Assembly: GCA_003614675.1 (NCBI GenBank)
Contig: ML002407.1
Coordinates: forward strand, 1-33,337
Length of the DNA: 33,337 bases
Source of the DNA: Dimargaris cristalligena
Taxonomy: Eukaryota
Reading direction: 5' to 3'
Shown here: piece after piece, positions 1-10,636 of the stretch
Layout of the letters: each line of letters starts with the position of its first letter
Numbering within the stretch: the first letter of the stretch is position 1
Notes under the pieces: generated by a model
The model's database searches: none
Told to the model about the DNA's origin: nothing
What the model saw: only the letters and a program-made list of their open reading frames with translations
Position numbers and translations under genes: made by a program

Positions 1-2139
1 TTCCACAGACAGACACCCACCAGACATCGAATAGAAGGAGGGGGCTTCACTAACTTATATTTTTAAGCACCAATAAATACAAAAATATATTTGACTATTT
101 TGGGCTCCTTCGATTCGCCCCACTAATGAACCATTCACCACATGTCCCTTTGGCCAAGTATTCCGGCATACACTACCAACTCGTTCTGTGGGGATGCTAG
201 TGTTGGTGACGATGAACATATGAGGAGACAAACCCCCCAAGTCCGCTTGGACCACACTGTTCGTGTGCACCCTAATGTGTGTATAGGGGGGGTAAGTGTG
301 TGTGGGTGTGTCTCCCATATGTGTCTGTATACGTGTAAACGGCTTTTTAGGCTAGGCATGACTCGATTATTCCACCCCACAACTGTATACTTGCGGCAAT
401 GCATACTGTTTCAACAGCATCACACCTTCCTCCATTTTCTTTAGGACTGGGAATAATAGAAAGTGAAGGGAATTCGAGTGCCTTCATTGATCCCACCCAT
501 CTAGACTGGCTCGCACTAAGTCTCCCTATTGAGCGAGTGCGATCACAGTGGGCCGCCCCCATTCAATAGCACCTTTATCCATCGCCTTAAACCCTTTCCT
601 GATACCAGTTCCCCACCGCCAAATCTACCAAGAATAGGTCTAAAGGATTACAGTATAGCGGCAACACCCTCCCCTCTCTCACCCCACCAGTGTCAACCAA
701 AATAGAATAAGGGGTGCTTAAAATTGGATGAGTCGGCGGATGCGTAGTGTTGTAAATACATGGGATGGATCGCCTCAAAGAAGTGGGCAAGCTTATTCGG
801 CGGTTAGTATGGATTTCCTCTGGAGGTTATGTAAGATTTCAGTACGAAGGCGCCTCAGTCCTCTGTTTTCTTGCCGGGTCATTCCCACATTTGGAATGAT
901 GTTCGCTTTCCTGGTAAAGCCGGGGAAGCGCTTCGAATTTCCCACCCAGGCCAACCCTTATGTAGGTGGTGCTCGTTTCCGTGGCTGGATGTTAAGGCGT
1001 AAGTTTCGGAAAAGAGTCGCGATGGTGACAAAAATGTATCTTCAGGTCAACCCGTCTATATTTTTGGGATTTCTATTATTATGTACTTTAACTTTTTTTG
1101 ATTTTTAATACAGTTAAAATATTGAAGTAATATTCCACTACATGGAAGTTGGGGTAAGGTGATATTCTGGGTGCGAACATTCAATGGATTGGGGGGGGGG
1201 TTATAGTCCATGGATCGACCGGGATGGGATGTACTCACAAAGATTCCATAGCGATGGCTGGTGTGAATAACGAGCGAGCAGAGGTGCAAAAGAGGAGTGG
1301 ACACCCGAGGGTAGAATGTAGGATAATATAGGGGGGGTTTTAAAATAAACTACAAAGTAAATTGGAAATGAAACGAGCCATTACATGCTTTGGGGCATAC
1401 ACTGGACGAGTGGATACAGCTAGAGGGACTGACCAAGCAGCCGATCTATATCGGGTTGACCCGTGGAAGTCAACCAGCCAACAGCAGCAGCATTGGTGTA
1501 GCTGGCCTGGGAGTGTCCGATTAGTGTGTAATACACCCGGCTAGTCGTTTAGGACAGTGTACTGGGGAGGTCTAGTTCCAGTCGGGCGAAGAGTCCATCC
1601 ATAGTGGGCCGGAATCCGAAGGAAGGTCAACTGACTCCCCCTCCGCTGGTATTCAATCGCACCAAAGCGGCGAATGTCTTTATACATGAGCATAGAGAAG
1701 AGGGCTCTAGATAGAAGGGGGTCTAAAATAGTGGAGTGCTTTAACTAGGTGTGGCTATGTAGCCGAAATGAAACGTGAGCTCTTTCATTTTGATATGCCG
1801 GGTCGGATTTTCGAATTGAAGATACTAATCCTCTCTCTCCCCGTGTTCTCACTCGTGGAGTGTGGTCATCACCCTCTCCTACTTTTTGGTTTTTGATTTT
1901 CTATATATTGTTTTATTCACCTTCGCTATACCGTATGAGATACTCCAGCGAGAGAATACCACCATATAGGGAACCACATCCCCACTCGTCTAGTGCAATC
2001 GATAGTGGGAATTTGGCCCCTTGGGCCGGGTGTCCTGAGTGTATACGGGGGTAGTGGTGTTTTGTATAAGAAGCAGGGCTCTCGGCGGTCCATCCTTGAG
2101 CTGTATGTTTACTAGTCTATATCCTCTTCCCCAAACTTA

Positions 2140-2143
<4 letters not shown>

Positions 2144-2174
<31 letters not shown>
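2144..2174. repeat. (TA)n microsatellite, about 15 units, ~120 nt upstream of G-gamma copy 1
   Basis: Direct reading of the sequence. Confidence 0.95.
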
Positions 2175-2176
<2 letters not shown>

Positions 2177-2291
2177 TGCACCGGCACTTAGTTCCCTCTA
2201 CCCTATTAGACCGCACAGTCCCTGCTCGCCTTAGTTTCTCTTGACCTATTTCTCCATTATGCCCACCTACCATCCCCCAACCTCCACCAAA

Positions 2292-2507
2292 ATGTCCGTC
2301 GCTGAAGTGCGGTACCAGAAACTAGTACGGCAAAACGATGCGCACATTGAACAACTGAACCTGCCCCGCATCGCGGTGTCCGAAGCCAGTCGGTCGATTA
2401 TTGAGTTTACGACGCAGACAAGTGACCCCATGATTCCGTCGATTTGGGGCCAGCGGACAACGGACCCTTTCAGCACGCCGAATAGCTCGTGCTGCTCCAT
2501 TGTTTAG
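2292..2507 (+). CDS. STE18: Heterotrimeric G-protein gamma subunit, copy 1 (intronless, 71 aa; Ste18/Gpg family)
   Basis: ATG at 2292 (CCAAAATGT context) gives MSVAEVRYQKLVRQNDAHIEQLNLPRIAVSEASRSIIEFTTQTSDPMIPSIWGQRTTDPFSTPNSSCCSIV*. It has the GGL hallmarks: N-terminal coiled coil, R-I-x-VSEAS, DPLxP-like DPMIP, NPF-like DPF and terminal CCaaX (CCSIV). Confidence 0.93.
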   Translation: MSVAEVRYQKLVRQNDAHIEQLNLPRIAVSEASRSIIEFTTQTSDPMIPSIWGQRTTDPFSTPNSSCCSIV

Positions 2508-2519
2508 GCTATGCACTGG

Positions 2520-2537
2520 TATTATTATTATTATTAT
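2520..2537. repeat. (TAT)6 microsatellite just after the G-gamma copy 1 stop
   Basis: Direct reading: TATTATTATTATTATTAT. Confidence 0.9.
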
Positions 2538-2838
2538 ACCCTATTGTCGTGTTCGTTGGTATGGGCGGTGGACTTCCCTCACCTTAAGTTCACCAGGCCT
2601 GACCTGAACATACAACCCCTCTCTCCCCAAACCACTGTATCTCCACTTTTCAATTTCGCCACCATCGTGGGGCCTACACTCAAAGTCCCTTCCATACTCA
2701 TTACCCCCCCTCTCCTGCTCCTATCATCATCTTTCTGCGCCGATGCGTAACCCAATTTAATGCTACTAAATATGTATTTTTGACTACTTTTTTTTTTAAT
2801 TATAGGGGGCAATTGGCGTATCATATACTGGAGAGAAT

Positions 2839-2865
2839 AGAGAGAGAGAGAGAGTGTGTGTGTGT
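2839..2865. repeat. Compound (AG)n(TG)n microsatellite between the G-gamma genes
   Basis: Direct reading: AGAGAGAGAGAGAGAG followed by TGTGTGTGTGT. Confidence 0.9.
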
Positions 2866-3586
2866 CTCATTAAATTAGAGAGGAGGGAGGTGGTAAAAGT
2901 ACCTAGGGCTATCTGAAACCTCACTGGTTACTTATAATGGGAGGGAGGTTCTCCTATTCGTATTGGGTGGGTTGTATAGTGGCTTACTTCTGAGACACCC
3001 CCTCCTTTGTGGCCAGACAGAAGGGGGGGGTGGGGCTTATTCATAGATAGATTTCTACTACGGGAACAGGTAGGTAATTGTGATAGGCAGGGGGGAGGCC
3101 TCCCACACCTCGTCCTCGTTCTCTCTCTCTTCCCTTCTAGCGACTCCCGAAGACCCGAATGATTATTATTGTAGAGGGGGTCCATCTCTACCAGCCAAGG
3201 CAGGGAGTTTCACGTGACCCCAATCGATATAGGAATGATTGGCGTTGGATTGGCCTCTGACTTCCAAGTCCTCGCTGGTGAGTGGCTCCGGATTCCACTA
3301 TTAAAGGCTTCTAGTTGGATAATGCACACGACTCATTGCTGTCGAGCATTGCTAACGCTAGTTCATCATAATAGGCGAAGGGGTAGTATAATATAATATA
3401 GTAGGGAAGGAAGGGAAAGGGCATGTAGATGCATAATATGACAAAAAACTAGAGAGTATAGTATAGAGTAGTAGTAGTGCCAATATGGAGGGGAAACTGC
3501 TACTATACTACCACGTTCACTTTCCCCACCTCTCCTCTCCCTTAGTTACGCTCCCTCAGCGCATATACCGCACTGGGACAGTGGCT

Positions 3587-3605
3587 TTGGCTTGGCTTGG
3601 CTTGG
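3587..3605. repeat. (TTGGC)n pentanucleotide repeat, about 4 units, upstream of G-gamma copy 2
   Basis: Direct reading: TTGGCTTGGCTTGGCTTGG. Confidence 0.85.
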
Positions 3606-3958
3606 TCCGGGCTCTTCCGTTCCTGGAGCGGTCCCCTCCCTTTCCTTCACTCTTCTCCAGTTCCCATTCCCTTTCTTTCGTTCTTCTCCATCTTCCCCCA
3701 TTGATTTGTGTGGTTCCTTCTCCAGTTTTAGTTTCTGTCAGTGCCCTGCTTTACTGTTTTAGTCGCCGTTGTTACCGGTGCGACTCTCCTCCTATCCCTC
3801 TCTCTCTCGCACTATATATATAATTCCTTTTCTCTTCCAGCTGAGCCTCGTTAGTCCGCACTATCCAAAGCTTCCGGCTCTTATACATACATACGTACAC
3901 TATAGTTCCCCCTTAGCAGGGCTTATACATACAGCTTAATACCTTTTAGTACACCACC

Positions 3959-4373
3959 ATGTCCGAAAACCGTCTCCGCAAGCTCCAGGAGCAGAACCGT
4001 CGACTGCGTGAACAACTCGAACTCCCTCGCATCGCCACCTCCGAGGCCAGCCGATCGTAAGTGTGTGTATGAACCAGGTCTGTATTACACAACCGGGTTG
4101 CTGAATAGGTGCTTATTCATCTGTATCTCTGCCATATCTCCAATTCCCATTGTACGTGCCCCTTTCGACTCACTTTCTGCATCTGACCTTGTGGGGTTCC
4201 ATTTCTCCGTCCATGCGCCTGGTCTGACATATACCCCCCCCATACACATCTACAGACTCATTACCTATGTGACCCAAACCCGCGACACCCTTGTGCCTTC
4301 CGTGTGGGGCCCTCCCACCGAAGACCGTTGGTCCCCGAAACGTTCCGGCATGTCTTGTTGCACGGTCCTATAA
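3959..4373 (+). CDS. STE18: Heterotrimeric G-protein gamma subunit, copy 2 (71 aa; exons 3959-4056, 4256-4373)
   Basis: ATG at 3959 (CACCATG). Phase-2 intron 4057-4255 (GTAAGT...CTGAC branch...CAG, 199 nt). Spliced product: MSENRLRKLQEQNRRLREQLELPRIATSEASRSLITYVTQTRDTLVPSVWGPPTEDRWSPKRSGMSCCTVL*. It is collinear with copy 1 and ends in CCaaX. The ORF track (4008..4373) captures only exon 2 in the correct frame. Confidence 0.93.
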
Positions 4374-4567
4374 AGGTCACCCCAGCCCATCCCTTTTCTA
4401 TTCTCCCTCCCACCCTCTCTTCCACACACACACATGCCCTCACCGGGCACTTAGTTAAACACGCTCTGTGTATGTGTGTGTGAAGTAGGGGTGCTTGTAT
4501 TTTGCTACATGTGCTTTAAATTATCTTCCTCCACCAATTAGGGTCGGCTTTTATATTCGAGGTTTCC

Positions 4568-4586
4568 TCTCTCTCTCTCTCTCTCT
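4568..4586. repeat. (CT)n microsatellite downstream of G-gamma copy 2
   Basis: Direct reading of the sequence. Confidence 0.9.
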
Positions 4587-5037
4587 TTTACCTCTTCGGC
4601 CCCATTCCCTCATCGTTCGCTCTTCGGATTTTCCTTCGCTCCAATACCTAGACCGACTGGCCCCAAACTCCCTCGGGTGCTGTCTATTTCCCAATCCAAT
4701 GTGCAATGTGTTAAGCCCTCATTAAACCATTAATATTGTTAGATATTTCCTCCAAATGGCACCGGCCTACGGCACTTTCCGGTACTATCCACTTAGAATC
4801 CTTCATCTCGTGGGAGTGAAATCTAGGGCAGGCATCCACTAATGGGCAGTTCATTGGTTTGGGAGCGAATAGTTGGATTTAATGTTGTGTGAAAATATTG
4901 TGAAGGGTGAGAAAAAGATTTGAATATCATTGGTTTATGGTGGTAAAGGCAACTCTCATTGCCCGCGTCAATTGCCGAGGGCCAGGTAAGCTGGTGAAGA
5001 AAGGGAGGGGGCTTAAATTAAGAGTGGCTGCTGTTGC

Positions 5038-5061
5038 TACTACTACTACTACTACTACTAC
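5038..5061. repeat. (TAC)8 microsatellite in the Nup85 3' flank
   Basis: Direct reading of the sequence. Confidence 0.92.
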
Positions 5062-5081
5062 CAAGGCGGCGGGACATAGTC

Positions 5082-7801
5082 TTAGTTAGTGGTGTATAAG
5101 AGGGACCGGGCCAAATTGCGAACCAGTGTCATCCGTACAATCTCCAGCTGTTGGTCAATCGGGATGCGGCCGTTGGCAATCGACTTGTCCTTCGACTTGA
5201 GCCAAAGGGGCGAGGTCAGTTGGAGGTATTGCTGGTTTAGATGGGACGATGTGATTTCTTCTAAACAGCGCATCAGTTCACTGGTATCCTGGCTATTCAG
5301 AACCAGCTCATCACCTAGAGGAAATATTATAATACATATATATATATAATCAGGTTAAATAGCGTGGTGAGTGGGTGGATATGGGACCAATGAGCTAAAC
5401 ATCGAGTGAACGGTTTCCAGAATCTATTATCCAGAGGACACATCCCCAGAGTCACTTACCTTCGAGGAGCGGAATGGCATCCACCAGCATAATAAACCAG
5501 AACTTCTTAGGGGCCACCTGGGTAGTCAAGAGGCCCACCAGCACCTGTCCGGCCTTGACCCACTCCTTCCGCTGACTGTGTTCGTGGAAATCACGGTACT
5601 GGGAGAGAAACTGCAAGTGGTCGGAGAATAGCTGATTCTGGGGGCCTAGGTTATCGATGATGGGGGTATACTGGCCCAAGTCGCCAGTCCGGATGTAATT
5701 GAGCAGGAGTTCGTCGGCAATATGCGCCACCCGGCGGGGTTCGTTCGCCCGCATGTAGTAGGCGATGGCTGGTCCGTAGAGCCCCCGGTCCAGGCGCTGG
5801 CGCGCCACACTGCGGCAGACCAGGGCGTACGCTTCGGGCTGGCCGTACCGTTGGAGTAGGGCCAGGATTTTGCGGATGCGCCGTTCCGAATCAAGCGGCT
5901 GGCGGACGAGGTAGGCCGCAATCGTTTCCGGGCCGGCTCCGTCGGTACCGGTGGTACTGCAGCTGGCCAGGTAAGCAATACCGGCCTGCCAGAAGGAATC
6001 CACCGAGAGGAGCGTTTCGCCGTACGAAAGAACGAAAAAATCGCGGGCGTTGCGGTGGATACTCTCGTTGAGATCGTCCAAGTGGCCTAGTTTATGGAAA
6101 ATGTCAATCATATGGGTCACTAGCCAGGCGTCGATGCGACTGCAGTTGGCTACCACCTAGTGTTGGGGAAGGGCAGGGGGCATTTAGGGAGGGAAGTAAA
6201 TACAGCGGCATAGCCAAGAGGTAAATAGTTCGTCAGTTGTCAAAAATATCACTAAACGCCTTTTATAATTACCATAACGTGTTTGATAATCACAAGGGAA
6301 GAGTCATTATGCCACGCCATCTTGGCTCTGGACTTCGCTGGTACGCCATACTACTATCAGCACCAACACTGACCAATATCTTCCATTATTCTATAATGCA
6401 CTCCCCACTGTTCAACAATAGCGACCTTACTTTAGAGATGTTTCCGCGCAACAGGGCCAATAAAGCCTGGTCCACCGAGTTGGTGCTACTATCCTGGGCG
6501 GCCGGAATGGAGCGGCAATTTTCCAGATAGTCCGGCATGCGCAAAATATCCACCGTCGGATCACAATAGTGCAGAATAGCCCCGAAGCACTCCTGCCAGG
6601 TTTGCGTATAAGCGTTGATGGTTGGAGTATGCCCGGCCATAATAGCGAAGATGGGTTGTAACGGTTGGAGCCGCGAATTAGCGGCTAATTCAGGGTCGGT
6701 CGACCACCGCTGGCACTCCTTCTTCCACCGTTGCCAAGCCCCCATAAACGCGGCCGAAGTAGGGTCATGCGGACTCGGCATGTCGCGGACCGATTCCTGG
6801 GCCACGGAGACAATGTATTTTTCCGCGGACGTTAAGTCAGCTACTTCGCGCAACCGACCCAGGAGGGTGAGAACCAGGGCCGTATGGCCACGCAGTACGG
6901 AGGTGGTCAGGTAGGGCCAGAATCCCGGGTACTCGGTGGGGTCCCCCAGGTATTCCGAAATTGCTTCGCCTTCAGCAACGGACGGTTCGGGATAATGGCG
7001 GTTGAGCCAGGCTAAATATTCCGAAGCGAACACCCGGCCGTCGACGGGCGTGGTGAAAATGATTTCGAAAAGGTGCCAAATGGTGGAGCAGTGGGTGAAG
7101 GTGGTGAGCTCGGACCACCGGACGGCAGCGGAGGAGCGGGATGAGTAGGATTCCGCCGACGAAGAAGTGGTCGACGTGATGCTGGTCCCGTCAACACTGC
7201 GGACGTGGCTATCGTCCTCACCATCATCGTCGTCGTCATTGCGGCCATCTTGTAACATGCTATCGTCCAGCGCGTGGTCGCTACTATCACTATCTTTATC
7301 CATATGGCTCACATCCTCCTCCTCCTCCTCATCATCATCATCATCATCATCATTGTCATCGTCAAGCTCGTTATTTTTGGTGTGTTTCGACGACCTTTCC
7401 TGTCGCTGTTGTCGTTCCAACTGGTCGGCCTGCACCTCCTGACTGAGTTTCGCGATCTGACGTTGTATGGCCTCCCGGTGCAGTTTCGTCATTTGGCGAA
7501 CCATCTCGGGTTGCAGCATGACGGGGCCCTCCTCCTCCTGGGTGGAGAAATAGAGATCCTGGAGGGCGAGGAACACCGCATGGGTTTCGTTGATGAAGGT
7601 GCGGCGGTTACCGGGGATCTGGTAAACAGGGGCCGTTAGAATCGTGGAAGCCGTCGCTGCTGCTGCTGGTGGTGGTGGTCCCTGGGGTTGGGCAGCAACG
7701 ACCGGACCACCCCGGAAGGAGTCGACCGTGGCTTGGAGGCCCTCCGCTACTTGGCGTTCGGACGGAGGGTTTAGCGTGTAAAGCTGATTCTGGGCGAACA
7801 T
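5082..7801 (-). CDS. NUP85: Nucleoporin Nup85 (Y-complex), ~766 aa; exons 7801-6431, 6156-5460, 5314-5082
   Basis: Three ORF fragments join in frame via GT-AG introns 6430-6157 (phase 0) and 5459-5315 (phase 1); total 2301 nt. Nup85-type motifs: WHLFEIIF, LAWLNRH, FWPYLTTSVLRG, WQRWK, TWQE, DAWLVTHMID, FWQAGIAYLASC, APKKFWFIMLVDAIPLLE, ELMRCLEEI, RMTLVRNLAR. Confidence 0.9.
7314..7353. repeat. Coding (TCC)n(TCA)n trinucleotide repeat giving the poly-Asp/poly-Glu run in Nup85
   Basis: Translates on the minus strand as DDDDDDDEEEEE. Confidence 0.9.
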
Positions 7802-9877
7802 GTGAGGAGTAAATAGAAGTAGCTAAGGCTAGCGCACTAGAAATATGAGGATGCGAATGGGATATAAGGGACAACAACAACAACAAAATGATAAAGAACA
7901 AAACTAAGTGTGAATGGGAAAGGGGAATTGTGATTAATGTGGCCTGAAAAGAGGAGCCAAGTAAGTGGGCGGAATGTGAACTTGAAGGCTATTTGGGGGA
8001 TTCCGTTTGGGTGACGGGGACGACTCTGGGGAATTGATCTCTTTCGGCACCCACTTGGGCTTGTCTACATAACGCACAGCTGTCGACTGAATAATAAATC
8101 GAGCTAATAAAATGGTATATAATGCTGCGACTGATAATACCGGTTAGACGCCATTTTTGTAGTGGCGGAAACGGCTGGTTGTGGCCACCACATGTACTTA
8201 AACCCAAGTACAGTCCAATTAACACATATCTATTAGTAGTTGTAAAATCTGGTTAACGGATTCTGCCGACCCAGAACTGCAAACACACCCAGCCCTTAGG
8301 TAAAATGCCTGGGGTGCCAAAATTTTGCTATCAGTGGGTTAGTTGATAGGATTCCCAGATTCCATAATGTAGGCTCTGTTAGTAAATCCTTTCCATATGG
8401 TTGGCTATACATGTTTTTAAAACGCCGCCTGTTTTTTACAATGACAAGGCCAAGTAAGTTGTACGTTAGTAAGGGTACGGGTTGTCAGCAATAGTTTCAG
8501 TGAATCGAATATCTCCATAAATATAAGAGCTGCCATAGGCACACCATACATATCCAAGGGGCTTTGCTACTGACTGGAGCAATATGTGCCGGCCGTTTCC
8601 CGAAATCAGAGTAGCCCATTCTCTAACAGCTTGTTTGGGGTGACGGAGAGTCGGGGCCAGAATTATCCATCTGTTCGGAAGGGATTGTGAGAGTAATGCT
8701 GATGGAACGGGGGACTGGTTTGATTGTCCATAATGAAGCATGGGTAAGCAGTCTGACAGCGGCTATGGCCACAGGGTAACATACATTCACCGGACTTAGA
8801 ATACGAATCATAGCAACGCCACTCCTTTATGGGGTCTGGACAATCAGGCTGCCCCCTGCTAAATCATGGCCAAGTGGGCTACATCTAAGGAATTTCCCCC
8901 AAAGTTACTGGAACCTCTTTTGCGATCAATTCACTCGTCAATCTCCACTCTTATACCAAGCCCTTTAATGAAGTGCTCCTTAAACTAGTAGCTGTGCTAA
9001 ATTATTTACTTAAAAGCAGCACCTCATATTTACATCAGGTATGCCTGGTTAGACCCATGCTTACTTATGCGTGGCCATACCATTAGTCGACATTAGTTCC
9101 AATGTCTCCCTTTCATTTACCATAACTTCTGGACTAGGTAAAGACTATTTAATATGTTAGAGATTGCTTTAATTTTAACCGCAGTTTACATTGTGCGCAT
9201 TGCAGTTTGCCCATTTTCCAATCGATCAAGTCAGCATCTCAGGTCACCTTGGTATAGAACTATCGAAAGAACGCGATTCCATTTTTCAACCAAGGACTGT
9301 TCAAAGTATCACACTTTTATGGCAATCGGTTTACCCTCTCCCTCATGTCCGGCCTATTGATGTATGTCCGACAATGCACTACACATGAGTGACCATTCAT
9401 GCAGTCTAATTAAATTATCCCGACCCATCCGGCCAACTGTCCGACGTTCTTCCTTTAATACACATTCAATGTAATCTCATTCACTTCATCGAGACTCGCA
9501 GCCCTTTTCGATTCCCAACAAACAAATTTAATGATTCGTTGACGAAGCATCAAAAATTGGCCAATATTAATAGGAAGGTGATTTCACTATACCTTTCCTC
9601 CAACGCTTTGCTTCTTCCCAACCGCCTATTGAATCACACGTAGTTTTCGCCACCACCGCTGTTTCCCCAAATTCATAAGCTGGCATCGGAAATTTGAAGT
9701 CGCAGTTGAGCTGATCATTACTCTCCCTTTAGGACCCCTCACCCTCTCCCGCATTATAAATTCATAATTCGGCCCACCTCTCCCCTCGGGCCTAATCCCT
9801 GGCCAGCCTAATCTACTCGTGTTTTCAAAATAAAAATCTCACCACCTTTCCTTGAAAATAAATCGGAATCCCAATTT

Positions 9878-9883
9878 TTTATT
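9878..9883 (-). promoter_or_regulatory. Candidate AATAAA polyadenylation signal of GRX5
   Basis: TTTATT on +, ~83 nt past the stop. Equivalent hexamers lie ~76 nt past the TBF1-like stop (11218-11223) and ~104 nt past the NBAS-like stop (23896-23901). Confidence 0.45.
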
Positions 9884-9965
9884 ACACCTTTCAGTAGCGT
9901 ACAGCCCAGGAATTTCGACTGCACGGGCGACTCGTTGATTGACAGGGGCGATATCCATACTAAGG

Positions 9966-10636
9966 TCAATTATCCTTTTTCTCGACCTCTGGGATACCTT
10001 CCGACGGTAGAGGCTCAATCAGCTTTTCCTTCACCAGCAGCTCTTCCAGCTCGCCGCTTTTGTGCATATTAAGCATAATGTCGCAGCCGCCGACAAACTC
10101 GCCCTTGATGTAGACCTGGGGGATCGTGGGCCACTGGGAAAACTCCTTGATGCCGTCACGGATCTCGGGGTCCTCAAGCACGTTGACGCCTTTAAACTTT
10201 TGGACACCTGGGTAATAAGATGAAATAGGTGGTGAGTTGTTTTGTAAAAAAAATACCAATGGTTAGAAAGAGGGGTAGTCGGGTAAAGGGAAGGGGGGAT
10301 TGTTAGATTATATGGAGTAGCTGGGTAAGGCGGCGTAAATCAGTCACGTAGGCATTCGGTTCCACAGACGGATCGGAATGCAGAGTTGGGGTAAAGTACG
10401 CGCAGGGGGGTGACATTCAACCTACCTTGGACTTCCAGAATAGTGACAGTGGCCCGGCTGAAGCCGCACATGGGCTGCTCCGGCGTGCCCTTCATGAAGA
10501 CGCAAATATCGTTGTTCTTAATATTGCTCTCGATAGTCGCCTTGGCTGCGTCGGTGATGGAACGGAACTGGACGCGAGTAAAGGAGGCCTGCGACCGCAA
10601 AGCAGCGGATCGGACAAGATTCAAGGAGCGGTACAT
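9966..10636 (-). CDS. GRX5: Mitochondrial monothiol glutaredoxin Grx5 (150 aa; exons 10636-10426, 10207-9966)
   Basis: [14 protein letters not shown] active site, [18 protein letters not shown] motif, and an Arg/Ser-rich acid-free N-terminus ([26 protein letters not shown]) typical of a mitochondrial presequence. Phase-1 intron 10425-10208 (GTAGG...CCAG) restores the frame. Confidence 0.96.

Noticed and set aside
728..1108. 126-aa + strand ORF (MSRRMRSVVNTW...)
   Set aside because: No recognisable domain and it runs into a T-rich low-complexity end; cannot be supported as a gene.
55..2054. Short ORFs ending in Cys-x-x-x (CLKI at 55..318, CIRG at 1860..2054) as CaaX pheromone precursors near the G-gamma genes
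   Set aside because: A charged residue at the a2 position is a poor CaaX fit, and neither ORF has a precursor-like composition.
4008..4255. ORF-track 121-aa protein 4008..4373 as a long G-gamma
   Set aside because: Its N-terminal part is an out-of-frame reading of exon 1 plus intron; the spliced 71-aa model aligns fully with copy 1.
8584..9027. Possible selenoprotein: + frame MCRPFPEIRVAHSLTAC-L-G-[TGA 8641]-RRVGARIIHLFGRDCESNADGTGDWFDCP* with a CxxU pattern, and a SECIS-like AUGA-N10-AAA at 8968-8984
   Set aside because: Spacing does not fit SelenoW/H/T (Rdx) folds, the frame is only 49 codons, and the 3' arm of the putative SECIS (AGCACCUCAU) lacks the required GA of the quartet. A SECISearch hit plus Sec machinery in the genome would be needed to revive it.
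9068..9110. 5S rRNA-like start (GTGGCCATACC)
   Set aside because: Similarity stops after ~11 nt; the internal 5S motifs are absent.
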